This document shows, in pieces, positions 26,904 to 39,509 of a DNA stretch of 64,000 nucleotides. The translations under genes and the position numbers were made by a program. The stretch comes from Chiloscyllium plagiosum. Lineage: Eukaryota. Below the pieces are notes generated by a model. The model saw only the letters and a list, made by a program, of their open reading frames with translations, was not told the DNA's origin and searched no databases. Location: contig NC_057754.1 of NCBI RefSeq assembly GCF_004010195.1, positions 2,004,306 through 2,068,305 on the forward strand. The letters run 5' to 3'. Positions within the stretch are counted from its first letter, which is position 1. Each line of letters begins with the position of its first letter.

Positions 26904-28959
26904 CCCTCCAGTCCCCTATACCTCCTCCCTATCTCTATAACCTCCCCTGGGCCCTACACCCTTTCCCTATCTCTTTAACCCCCTCCAGCTCTTATACTGC
27001 CTCCCTATTTCTGTCACCCCCTCCTGCCTTAAACCCTTCAAAGATCTCTGCACTCTGATTTTCACCACTATTTCCCATTGCTCCACTGTTGATAACTGTG
27101 CCATTCATCCTAAAGATCTGCAATTTCTCTAGTAAACTTCTCAGCTCCTCTCCTTCCCTCTTTCTTTATTCCCCTAAACCTTAAAATCTATTACGCTGTC
27201 CTAATTATCTCCCATAGTGGTTTGGTGTCACTTTTTTCTGGTAGCACTTGTTGAGGATGCTGTATTAAAGGTCATATGTAAATGCAAGTTACTATTATAT
27301 TACAAGTTCAGCATATGTGCAAGGTATTGAGCTATGGCAGTAATTTGGGGCAAACTTAATATAAAGGAACAATCAAAAAGACATCATTATTGGCTGAAAG
27401 ATACAAACTCTCTACACAAAATGCTTACCAGTGTATAGAGCACTAGTTTTGGTGTAGCTTTTACAATAATCTGAGGAAAAGACAGTTTGAAACTTGAACT
27501 ATGAGTTGAGGATAAAGAGTTTAGGTTGATCAAGATCACAAGATAGTAACTAAGCAATTCAAGATCAGTTGAACACTGACAGTCCCTTTAAGAACAGAGA
27601 GCCCGAGCTGATGCTTTGAAGGGAAAATAAAACATTTTAGATGCAGCGAGTGATGAATATGTGACATGGGAAAGTCTGTGGAAGGAGGCAGTAGTTTAGA
27701 AATATTTAACAAAATATTGGATAGACAGTTGAAAGAGCAATTAATTGTGAGGTGTTGGTTCTTGATTATATGGTCTTTTTTCATCCTGTATTTTTAGTGA
27801 CAACCCTCATCTTATGTTTTTCTATCAGTGACTTTATGTTGGATTAGAAATCAGTTAACGAAGTTCTGAGATTGTTCTGTCATTTATACAGGTTGGTTTG
27901 TTCCTTTTTTGCTGTTGTAATTTGTGAGTCTAGGTATACATCCTTGTTTAGAGAGGATGCTTCTATATTAAAGTATTGTGCATGCCTGAACTGCTGAAGC
28001 CAGTGGATTTGGCATTTATCCAGACTTATGAGGCTTTTATTGCCTCATACACTCGCTCAACGTGAATGTTATCTCTTAATTAACAAATGATTTATAATAG
28101 GACGGGAAGACTTCAGACCTACATAAAGTTGCTTTCACTTGATTTTCATATCTTGTTTTCACCCTCTTTCTCTCTCGCTTTTAGCTTGACCTCATGGAAC
28201 CAGATTCTATTATAAAGTCTGAGGGCAGTAGAGCACAGACAGAAGCCTTCCTTTACCAAATAAGTTGATGCCAATGCCTGTACTATTTGAATGGAAATGC
28301 AGCATTTGCTCTGAAGAAAACAAAAATTTCCATGTTATCGGAATTGGACAGCAATGTAAGCTGTTCTCTCTAAAAATTGAAATTTACAGCTAACTTTTAT
28401 TAATTTAATTTCACTTGCTTGCCTGCTTTTTAAAATATACAGCATAGATGATGAGCTGTGGGCTGCAATCTGCATTGTACTCTTGGCAGCAACTGTCACT
28501 CATTCTCATAACTTCATCACTCACAAAATACAGGTCAGCCCACTTGTGGGATTAGAAATTGTATCACATGGCTTCCAGCCATGAATACCCAATTTATACT
28601 AAAGGTTGCACAGTTCATCTCATTAAATGACAGTTATTACCTTATTATGACAGTTTTTTCTGGCACTCGTTTTGGACCCAATATGCGCACCGATGAATGA
28701 TTGTATTTATTTAATAACAGAAATGGTGCTAGTCTGTTGTATTCAGTGCTATTCTGGTCATCCAATCAAATGAAATATATTATCTCTCTTGAGAGAGTCC
28801 AAAGACAAATTGGTACGGTCATTTCAGACTGGGAGTTTAATTTGCGAGGATTTCATTTGTTGGGGGGGTTTCTTTTGAAGAACAATTTGAAAAAAACAGT
28901 TGAATTCTTGGAATGTAAGGTTTAAATCTGCATCAGCTGCCCTATGATGTCGACAGAAA

Positions 28960-29200
28960 CAGAGAAAATAGGTGTAGAAGTTGGCCATTTAACCTTTCAG
29001 CTCTTTGAACCTGCTCCGCTACTTATGATCATGGCTGAACACCCAACACAGTAGCCTGTTTTAACTTTACCCCATATCCATTGATCTGTTTAGCTCTAAG
29101 AGCTATTCCAACACCTTGAATCATATACAATATTTTGTCTTCAGTGCTTTCTGCAGTTCCACATTCCACAGGCTCACCATTGTGTGAAAACATTTCTCCT
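28960..29200 (-). mobile_element. Old CR1 3' end
   Basis: ggccatttaacctt...cctgctccgc...gatcatggctga 3'UTR; LRRNVFTQW on the minus strand. Confidence 0.7.
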
Positions 29201-31419
29201 CAGTGGTGTAGCACTTTGTTGAACCATTGCATTTCGTTTGATGATTCTGCTGCCATAAAGTGAGGTGATAAACTGCACAACACTGATCAGCAGTGATAAA
29301 TAACAGCCTGTGAAAAGCCAAGTTGGGACACAGTGTGACTTTGACGGGAATTGGGAAGTGAAGATGTTTCCATGATGTTGGTGCTTAAATCCTTCAGGGT
29401 GGCACATGTCAGAGACAAAGCAAGTGCTATTGAAGTAAATTTGGTGGGTTACTGCACAGTATCTTGCAGGTAGTTACAATGCCTCAGTGATAGGTGCTTC
29501 AGTTTAGCAGACTGTGCTTTCCCAGGTACAGTCTGAAGTCTAGTTGTGGTTCTCGCCATCCAAGTGAGTAATGAGTGTTCTGACACTCCTACTTTGAATT
29601 TTGTAATTACTGGAGATGCTCTCATGCATCACAGTTGGAGGCAAATGCACAGAGTACTCTGCTTTTCCTGGCTTTATAAATGTTGGCTGAAGGCAGTAGG
29701 CAATCAACCACCCAGGAAAGAGTTGGATTGTGTAGCTGTCCCGATTATCCAATGCTGGTGAGAAAGATTCACTTGCAAAAATTTTCAAGAAATGACCTTG
29801 ACTAATGCGAACAGGACTGTTTTCACACATATAAACACTGATAATCAGGTATCTGGTTCTAGGAAATGATGATCTTTTATGTTTTTTTGTTGCTTAAAGA
29901 GTTTCTAACCTTCTAGAGTAACTATTGTATAAACTGAGAAATTGGCAGTAGGCTTTAAAGAGGATGAGTTATTGTTTGGAAGTATAATTCTGGTACAATG
30001 TTAGTCCAGCAAATCTGAGGCAGTGAGCATTACTAATGACATCTCCTGTATTAATTATCCCAAAACTGCCTGAAAAAAGGCAATAATTCAGTGAAAGATC
30101 CAGCTTTGACAGGCAGAAATAAAAGCCAATGCTAAATGCAGTAGCAAATCAGTTACACAATATTTAATTGTATGCCTTTGATAGTAGATTTGTAGCAGAA
30201 TATTTAAAATACTGTTTAATAATATAATTTAATTAAAACAAAGACTTAAGACTTGAGTCCCTGTCTACTCTTAAAAGTGCTTTTTGCCTCGTAAAATGAT
30301 AAGATTCATTATTGCTGGAGAATTTAAGAGCACGAAAGAGCTGGAGAGCTCCCCAGGCCTGCTCCAGATGTCAAACTGTTATGCTTAATTGTCAATTCTT
30401 GGAACTTGATACAGCTTTTGCTAAACTGACAGAGGAGAAGGTCCTTTTGGAAAGTCTGTTCATACCCAAGAGTATCTCATTACTGACAGGTCAGCAATGA
30501 GGAACAATTAAATCCCTTCCTGTCATTATCTTAATTACACCAGAGAGCTAAACTGCTAATGAGACAGAAAACACGGGATGCAGCATTGAGCCCTGTCAAG
30601 CATGATGGTGGTGTTGTGCTGCAGATATTATCTCAGATATCCATTTTGGAATTACCACCTTTTTGTTGAATTATTTGCTATTGCTGTATTCTCACCAGTG
30701 CAGGATCATGAACCCAGAGGGGTTAACTTGAAGAAGCCTGACTTGGAGGGAGAGTTGGATTAACCTCAGAAGAGGCACTAGTATTAACCCCTTAGGTTTG
30801 TACGTGCATCTGTTGGTGATAATTGAGTTTATTTACAACTGTCAGAGTCATTAACTTATTCAAATGAGTGCCATCACATTAACATTGAATGTTTCAGTTG
30901 ACAAACTGGTTGGGGAAGAAAGGGATTGCTAGTGTTGAGGTAAATTATTGTAACTTCTTTGAAATTAATGCTTATAAGCTCAATTTTCCACAAAGGATGT
31001 TTAAACACATCCACTTGCTTAAAAAGGTCTCTATCCACTGATGCCTGGTGGAACCAGAAACTCCTAGGTTTGATCTCTAGTTTGTGCTGAATTGATTTAT
31101 CTCAGTTGGGGATGTAAAGACTGTACCATTGGTCATTGCACTCCAAGACGAGTGAATGAAAGTGATCAACACACTGGCTGACCCTAATCGTTGTGCAGGG
31201 AAGCCTACTGCAAAGTGTATATGTGCAGATGCTTGGTTTCAATGTACTTGGCCTGATTCTAACACCATTCATAATTGCATGGCTTGTTCATACCTATGAT
31301 CTGCTGAAGGACAATGACTTCAGAGCCTCCAATACAATCAGAAGAACATCACATTTCTGTAGCTATTTGTAAAGTATCCAACCCAAAACAACCAGTGTCA
31401 TACTGAGATTATGTTAGGT

Positions 31420-31695
31420 CATCAGAGATGCCATTCTTTCAGATGAGATATAAAAGGATGATGGTAAAATATTTCACAGCTACTATGAGGAAGAAGAACA
31501 GAGCAGTTCTTCCAGCTATCTGGCCACTATTTATCCCTTAACCAACAACATAATCACATTACTATTTGTGGGATCTTGCAGAAAGTGTATTTCCAGCGTT
31601 ATAGCACTAACTACACTTAAAAAAACTTCATTGGCTGTAAGTAACTCTAGGATGTTAAAGGAGTGATTTAAACAGATCACTACTTTTCTTTTAAA
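31420..31695 (+). mobile_element. Deu-domain SINE (SacSINE1-like)
   Basis: tctttcagatgagat...gaagaagaacagagcagttct...tatttatcccttaacc...acttcattggctgtaa. Confidence 0.75.
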
Positions 31696-31739
31696 GAAAG
31701 TTGATTTTGTATGAAATTTCTATTGTGACAGCAAATCCA

Positions 31740-31990
31740 AAAGAAAGCATTTGTATTTCAATAATGCCTTGAGATGCCTTCAGGGCCTCTCAAAGAGTTT
31801 CACATCCAATGAAGTTAAATGAAGTGCAGTCAGAGTTGTCATGTAGATATCATGACCAATTTGTGCTTAACCAGAATCAAGAAAGAGAAAATGAAATAAA
31901 TGGCCAGTTAATCAGTTTAGGATGACATTGTGTGAGAGAGATGTCCAGGATGCTGGGAGAATGCTCTCAAACACAGCAAGCATTTCTTAC
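31740..31990 (-). mobile_element. Deu-domain SINE, old
   Basis: aagaaagcatttgtattt...ttcacatccaatgaagt...tccaggatgctgggagaa. Confidence 0.6.
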
Positions 31991-33104
31991 AATCTAGCTT
32001 TAGGCCCCAGACATGTTTAATGAGGTCAATCTTAAGAGTGTATCACAAGAAGTGTGAAAGAAAGAATGTGTGAGAGGAAATCATAATTTTAAAAAATTAT
32101 ATAGCCATTCTGTGTTTTAGAAGAAATGTTTTTTGCATTTGGGAATAATAGGTTAATTGTCATGTGCAAATGTCTCGGCAGACAACATTGGGCATAAAGC
32201 AAATACGAGAAAGCAGCTGCTAACATTTCAGTATAAACTGAAGGTAATCTCAGTGTGCCAATACAAGGCACCTGCTGGTCACACAGCAGATGCCTCTCAC
32301 TCAAGTCAGTGTGTAAAATGCTACAGGCCTATCAGCTAATTCCTCATCAAAGCATTTCCCTGTTGATGAGTTCTTCTCCCCATGCAGGCAGTGTAAGGCA
32401 GGGAGCAGGAGATCTCTCTCAGTTGGAAATCTCAAAGAAGTATGTTCAACTGCTGGTTGCAGTAGCAACTATCTCAATAAGCATAGGAATTTAGAAGTAA
32501 GTGCAGACAGAGTGTAAGTTCCAGTTTCCTTTATCAGTTGGTAGGGCTTTCTTTAATATCTCTAACTCCTTGCTTGTGTGATTAAAAAGCACCAGCAGTT
32601 TCAAACTTCTGCATTGCCAGATGTTTCAGGTAGCCTCGGAATTAGCAATGCTCAACAACATTAAATAGGTGCTCAAGTTCTTTACAGGCAGGCCACTGGT
32701 TTCATATCCTTCCTCATGGGTCCACGAGAGGAGAGATAAGCAATTTGTCAAGTGGTAGGATTTTCCCAAGTGATGTCATCAAAGGTAAAAGTCTCAATTG
32801 AAACCACCCTAACACTTGCAAGAACTTTAATTGCTAATGAGTGAAACCAGCCACATCATTCTGCATGTTGGTTCCTGTCCTGAAAAGTGGGCATACATAG
32901 GACTGTTTTGTTCTCTGACTGTCAAAGATACCTAATAAAAGCAAAATACTGTGGATGCTGGAATCTGAAATAAAAACAAAGTTCTGGAGAAACTCACTAG
33001 GTCTGCTAGCATTGATGGACTAAAAAGAGTTGAAAAATCATTGCTTTTATGCTAGTGATAAAATACATTCAATGATTTGAGCATCCACAACTCTCTAAAG
33101 GGAC

Positions 33105-33300
33105 AAAATTAAAAATCACAACACCAGGTTATAGTCCAACAGGTTTATTCAGAAGCACTGGCTTTCGGAGCACTGCTCCTTCATCAGATGGTTGTGGAGT
33201 ATAAGATCTTATGATACAGAATTTATAGCAAAAGATGACAGTGTGATGCCACTGAAATGATATATTGAAATAACCTGGATTGTTTGTTAAGTCTTTCGTC
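33105..33300 (-). mobile_element. Penelope-derived element (family B) with hammerhead-like core; a related family C fragment lies at about 32935-33020
   Basis: Minus strand CTGATGA-A-GGAGC-AGT-GCTCC-GAAAGC. Confidence 0.75.
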
Positions 33301-33444
33301 TGAGGGCAGCTTTTGTGAGATGGGAGCTGTGAATTTGAAAATATTGTCACAAATGAGCTTTAAGTAGAATTCAAATTTGGAAGTGATACTTCTTTTAAGT
33401 CTGTTTTATTGGAAAACAAGCAAAATGGATCAAGTGTCACCTTG

Positions 33445-34150
33445 CATAGAGTCATATAGCATGGAAAATGACTCCTCAATCCAACCAGTCCATGCCGACC
33501 ATGTTCCCAAACTAAACTACCCCAGCTGCCTGTGCTTGGTGCATATCCTTCCAAACCTCCCCTGTTCATGTACTTACCCAAATGTATTTTAAACCTTGAA
33601 ACTGTGCCCATATCCACCACTTCCTTTGGAAGTTCATTCCACATACAAACCACTCTCTGTGTAAAAGAAATTGCCCTTCTTATCTTTTTTACATCTTTCT
33701 CCTCTCACCTTAAAAATATGCCACCTAGTTTTGAAATCCCCCACCCTCGGAAAAAGACACATGTCATTCATGTTATCCATATCCCACATGATTTTATAAA
33801 TCTCCATAAGGTCACCCCTTCACCTCCTATGCTCCAGTGAAAAAAAGTCCCAACCTATTCAGCCTCTCTCCATAACTGAAACCCTCCATTCCTGGCAACA
33901 CATCGGTAAATCTTTTCTGAATCTTCTCCAGCTTAAAAATGTACTTCATGTAACATGGCAACCAGAATTGGACACAGTAGTCCAGAAGAGGCCTCACCAA
34001 TGTCCTGTACCACCTTAACATAACATCCCAACTCCTATACTCAAATATCTGAGCAATGAAGGCAAGCGTGCTAAACCTTGTCTTAACTACCCTATTTATA
34101 TCTGATGTAAACTTCAAAGTATTTGAAGTTATGTACCAGAACCTCTAGGT
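33445..34150 (-). mobile_element. CR1 LINE 3' end
   Basis: EYRSWDVMLRWYRTLVRPLLDYCVQFW; catagagtcata tail. Confidence 0.9.
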
Positions 34151-34819
34151 TATATCTGCAGTCTTATTTCAAAACTGTTAACCCCATTGCTATTAGTCAA
34201 GGTAGGGTCTCACAAAAGATGCAGCAGCTTCCCAAACTGGAATGGAGAAATTGTGCAGTCTGATTGGACAACTTGAATTGACTGGGAGCCCAAACAAGAC
34301 CAGATGCCAATTTTGGCATACTAGAGTTAAGTACAATGATGAAAATTCCCATGGTGGGAGTATTATTCGGGCAAACAAAACATTGAAAAACATTGAAAGT
34401 GTATTTTGAAATTTCCATCATTGGGAAATTCCATGAACAGGAGACTTCTTGATTTTAGTAATACTTCTTATACAATTCTCTGTGACGTGTTCTTGAGTGC
34501 AAGAGAGTTTGAGTGTTTTTGTTGACAAAGGAGGTAAATGTTGTCCTTCAGCTTGGGAAGCTAAAAGGATCTGAACAATTAATAAAAAGTACCTTAACAA
34601 CAGAAACTCTCACTCTTGGTGAGACAGTCGATATGGCACTTTTCTTTGCAAACACTTCAGATGAAATTTTAAGAAGAAGGTCAATACCCAAAAGCTAGTG
34701 AATTTCTCATTCTTTGTTACTTCTCTGCAAACAGAGAGAAATACTATTTTTTTCTAGTTTGGAAGCCTTCTACTCCTCTGTTCACTTATAAGCTACCCAC
34801 CTACTCAAGAGCCAGTCAA

Positions 34820-34922
34820 AGAAGCAAAACAGAAGTTGCTGGAAAAGCTCAGTAAGTCTGGCAGCATCCGTGAAGAGAAATCAAAGTTAACTTTTTGGGT
34901 CTAGTGACCCTTCCTCAGAACT
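34820..34922 (-). mobile_element. Penelope-derived short element (family C) with hammerhead-like core
   Basis: Minus strand CTGAGGA-A-GGGTC-ACTA-GACCC-AAAA (GAAA decayed). Confidence 0.65.
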
Positions 34923-36420
34923 GAATTGTTGATATGCTGAGCACTTCTGACCCAGCCAACTGATTTTGATTTGAAACAAACAATCAATAGTTGTCTCTGG
35001 ACAACTGCTGTGAACACTCACACCCACAATGCTGATGAGTCCTGCAATACTCACCCACTGCTAGAAAAAAAATCAGAGTTAATACAACACACAATGATTT
35101 CCAGTAATTTGTCACTTCACTATTGCCAACAGTAATAAGAATTGTGCTCCCTGATTGTAATTTGTAGATTGGGTTCCTGGCTGCTCAGCTAAGGCCTTGT
35201 AAATGTGCCTTCTGCACATCCCTGTGAAGAGAGGATGAATCCCCATCATCCCCTCTCACTTCCTACCATTCATCAGCTCTATCATTGGCCTGCAAATGTT
35301 TACTGTCTGAGTCAACACATGAAGAATAAATGAAGAATAAACTCAGTAGAGCATGTACCTTTGCCATGTTGTGTTAATGCAATGCAATTATAATTATGCA
35401 GAAGTTCTTCGAGACCTTTCCCTGCCTGGTAACTAATAACCTGTTTGAAGCCAGTGAGAGATGATCTGTCATTGTAACTTGCAAATCTTTTACAGGGGGT
35501 TACAGGGTGGATGTAGATGTTTCCCTGGCTGAGGCCTTTTAAGGCTGAGATGAAGAGGAATTTCTTCTCTTAGAACGTGGTAAGTCTTGGGAAGTCACCA
35601 GACCAGGCACCTATAACAGCTCAATTACTGAGTAGTTCAAGATAGAAGTCAATAGCTTTCTGAAGAGTAAAGACATTGATTAATTACCAACTTCTTGAGT
35701 ATCGAGACCTGTGATTCACCAAGAAATCATCAAGAAACCAACATCAGCTTCAAAATTATTGAACTGAGCTTGATCTCATGGGCTTTCTCGTTGGTGGGGG
35801 TGGGTTTCTTGCCTCTGAATGCATCTGCCATCAACATGTAGTGCAAGAAGCACTAAATCCAGTCCATATGTAGACATTGCAAATACACAAAATAGAGTTG
35901 CAAATATTACGTCTGCCTGTCTTCATTGTTGATAATAATGACCACTTGTACCGAACAGAGCATGTATTCATTAAACTATATCTCAACTCCATAAAGGCAT
36001 TGGAGAAGGAATAACATGAAAGGAGGAATTTAAAAACTGGTGAAGAAAAATTATATTGAAATGAGATAAGCTGGGAGGAGATTCATGCAGAGCAGAAATA
36101 GTCCTATGGCTCCATATAGTTTCCTGTGCTGTAGGTACCGTGTGTAGAAACCATGGAACAGAAAAACAAATTGCCACTAAATCGTTTTGGATGACCAAGT
36201 CCAAATGGATTTTACCAGTGAATTAGTGATATTATATCTGTAAACTTAATGAAAATATTTATGCCAAACATATTGTGTTGGATCAATATTGTGTATTATT
36301 AGTCTGTGTTTATGAGCATACTTGATTATAAGATTGACAACCAGACAGCTCTCTTTGGTTGTGACCACCCTCAAAGTATGAGAAATTATGTAAATTCTGA
36401 ATAGTGCTTTTCTTTTGCAG

Positions 36421-36537
36421 TGGACGGCGCTATCCACGCAGGAGCTGGGCCTTTGCTGCAGAAAGAGTGCAGTACACTGGGAGGGTGCAACACTGGGGAT
36501 GCTAAAATTACCAGTGGCTACTGCCTGCCTGCTAAGT
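36421..36537 (+). CDS. MACROD1: Internal coding exon (117 bp, phase 1/1) of a MacroD-family ADP-ribosylhydrolase; MACROD1-like, MACROD2 not excluded
   Basis: Acceptor tgcttttcttttgcAG ends at 36420 and donor GTGAGT starts at 36538. The exon translates as (V)[38 protein letters not shown](Y), matching the macrodomain segment VDGxIHxxAGPxLxxECxxLxxCxTGxAKITxGYxLPAKY. GPLL favours MACROD1 (from memory of the paralogues). Family assignment is strong; paralogue assignment is about 0.6. The ORF track missed this frame. Confidence 0.92.
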
Positions 36538-37984
36538 GTGAGTAAAGATAACATCTCCTTCTTCCTGTTAACACAAGCTGTTTCTTCCATGTTACGGAAC
36601 TCCCTTCTGCACCAGTCGCTGCAATCACACTCATGTTTATGTTTAATCAAGACTAGCCCTAATGAAGCGACTGATAAAACACAGAAGAGAATTTGAATGG
36701 AGTCCAATTTTGCTCCTTCATCCTTTCAACCCTTTTTTGTCAGTGCAATGGTTCAACTTAAAATTATTGTTTGTAGAAAAATGCACCATGAAAGCTCTGA
36801 AAACTGCTTTATGTTTGCAAGCACTGAACTGCCTAGAACAAAGGATTACTGATGAATTTTTAAAAAAAATTTATATTCCTTTACATTGTGTGTAGAACGA
36901 GTTTCAGGAGCCAGATATTCTGATGATTTTGATTTTCTTATATCTGAGACAATACCATGCCGTTACTTTTAAGATTTAAAAAACAGTTGTCAATAAAAGT
37001 CCTTTGACCTCAATTTTTCTACATCTGTTCACTTACTGACAATAAAACACCATGTGAGGAGAGAACACACTGTGCTATATGAGTGAACACACTAATGAAT
37101 GATACGCAAGGTGATTTTGGTGCGTTTGTATTTTATTTCCCTCATAGTGTTTCTAAAATGGTCTGATTGTTTTGAGACTTTTTTTACTGGATTTGGAGAA
37201 AATAACATGCTTTCATTTAAACCAAGATCGTAAGAACTTTGTGACAGTCAGAGACTCATGTCTGTTCATTCACAGTATTAAAAAAAAATTAAGTTACAGT
37301 ACGCTTCTCAAGCGATTGTGTTTAAGAACCTGACTGATCCTTAGCAGAACGACAGTAAGATGTATATTATGATCAAAAGGTAACACTTAATTTCATGGTT
37401 GCAGGTAAGTGCTGTAGCATATTGAACTTGATTTGCCTAATGAATGATCTTTTTACCTTTAAAAGCAAGCGAGTAGTTGGAGACAATCTTACGATGTTTG
37501 TCCAGAGCTGAGAAAAGTGGCACTTTCCCTCGAACTAAGAGCACCCATTTCCAGAATGATGCAACAACATTGGCCTAAGACCCAAAAAAGAGTAACTTGC
37601 CCACTTTGAAGGCTTTGCCGCTGATGAAGCCAATGAAGCTGATATTGAAGACCAAAAAGCAATATGAAAATATCTGTTGAAGTAACTGTGAAATATGAAC
37701 TCTGAAATATGCCATGAGTTCAATGTTATGAGGTCATTACTGCAGCAAAAAAAGTTGAAGGCACTTCAAACTAACTGTTAACTTGAGAGTACTCAAACAA
37801 AGAAATGTTTCAGGTAAACTTGTCAGTGTGCCAAAGAAAACGCCTTTTCTAGAATGTCAAAAAGCAAACTCTAAATGTTTAGGATTCTAACTGGCTGTTT
37901 AGCATGCATTGTGCTACCTTAACCATAAGATTATGCTGTTCTACATGTCATGCACATAGCTTTGCCTCCACCTTTTTCTTAAAA

Positions 37985-38615
37985 TTCATTTATAGGGTGT
38001 GGCTTGTTGCCCATCACTAATTGTACTTCAAAGCCATCTTCTCGAACCACTGAAGTCTATGTATGATGGAGATACACCAGAGTGTTGTTAGGCAGGGAGT
38101 TCCTAGCTTTGATGTAGGGACAGGGAAGGAATAGCAGGGATAGTCCCAAGTCAGAATTGTGTTTAGCTTGTTGGGAAATTGTAGGTGGTGGTGTTCCCAA
38201 AAATCTGCTGCCCTTGCCCTTCTAGGTGGTACAGGTTGTGGGTTTGGAAAATGTTGTCAGTGTAGCCTTGGTGAATTGTTGCAGTGCATCTTATAAATTG
38301 TACTTTCCATCAGTAGTGGGGAATTGGACATTGATGGTGTTAAATGGATTTTGTTCAAATGGGCAGCTGTGTATTGTCTTGAGTGTTGTTAAATCGATAC
38401 TCATCCAGACAAGTGGAGAGTATTCCATGATTTGTGCATTGTAGATACTGGAAAGGCTTTGGGAGAGTCATGAGATGAGTTACTGACCTGATCTTGGAAT
38501 CACAGGATTTATCGTCCAGTTCAGTTGTTGATGGTGGGCGATTTAGTGACGGTAATGCCACAGAATGTCAAGGTGTGATGGTTAGATTCTGTCTTTTTGG
38601 AGATGGTGGCATGAA
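37985..38615 (-). mobile_element. CR1-group LINE family B 3' fragment, old
   Basis: Homologous to 9478-10500. Confidence 0.7.
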
Positions 38616-39103
38616 TGTTCTGAATTTTGCATTGTTGTACAGCTAGAATTTTAAATGCTAAAACCCTGCATGATGGTCTCATATTATTCAGCACTTTTTG
38701 TTTTAAATGTAATTGTTCAAGAACAAATCCCCTCAGGCATTTTAAGTCACTTTCCAGGATTCTATAAATGTTCTTAATTAATGTAGTGATTATTACCTCT
38801 TCATCAGCCAGTGTTTTTTCTGCTATTTTTTGTATTTACACATTTCACTGTCTTTCTCTTTATTTAAGACTTTCTTGAATTGTAATTGACAGCATATACA
38901 GATGTGCAGGTAGATAATAGTGTACATTTTCTCAGAGTCTTTCTACACCAGGAAAGTTTTAGTACCTCATTATTAACAGGGAACTGCATTTATTCAAGTG
39001 TTGCATGCTCATTTGTGCCCATGTAATCTTTTCAATTTGTGTAGTGCACACAGTGCAAAAGTTTACCATCCAAGACATCTGTAATAGGTGAGATACTTGG
39101 CTG

Positions 39104-39153
39104 ACTTGTGCATTTAAGATACCAACAAACTTGTGCATTTAAGATACCAACAA
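39104..39153. repeat. Perfect 25-bp tandem duplication
   Basis: acttgtgcatttaagataccaacaa repeated twice. Confidence 0.95.
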
Positions 39154-39509
39154 ACGCAACTGCATCTCAGAACGCAACTGCTCTCTAATGGCAAATCTTC
39201 AATCTCCCTTAAAGGATGATATTGATAAATGCTGTGTAAATCTGACCTGTACAGACCAGGAAATTCACAGGAACTATGTTGATTTCAACAAAGAAATTGG
39301 ATGTTTCTGTGAGATACCCATATTAGCCGATACGTGTCATTGCGTTTATTAGGACATTAACTGCTGGTCTTTTGATTTTTAGTTAATAAGATCAGGAGAC
39401 TTTGCATTATCTGGTGCCTTGCAAATTTACCTTTTTGGTATGGAGATGTGTGAACCAAATACCAATGTATCATTGATTAGAACTTTTAACAAAAGACACT
39501 TTAAAAAAA

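Larger units (their letters stand above)
23900..27300 (+). mobile_element. L2 LINE 3' relic with an internal C/T-rich minisatellite, split by a CR1 and a gap
   Basis: VLTNLHWLAVQQSLIFQIL (L2 LHWLP motif); ctccctatctctgtaacctcctccag-like repeats at 24010-24160 and 26904-27040; tail taaatgcaagtt near 27280. Confidence 0.7.

Noticed and set aside
35781..35810. ggtgggggtggg as the GGGG-encoding MACROD micro-exon
   Set aside because: It lacks the NxxLL context and correctly phased splice sites.
36415..36696. ORF-track 93-aa ORF, and the 153-aa antisense ORF 36246-36707
   Set aside because: These are wrong-frame or antisense overlaps of the real MACROD exon, which is defined by splice sites in another frame.
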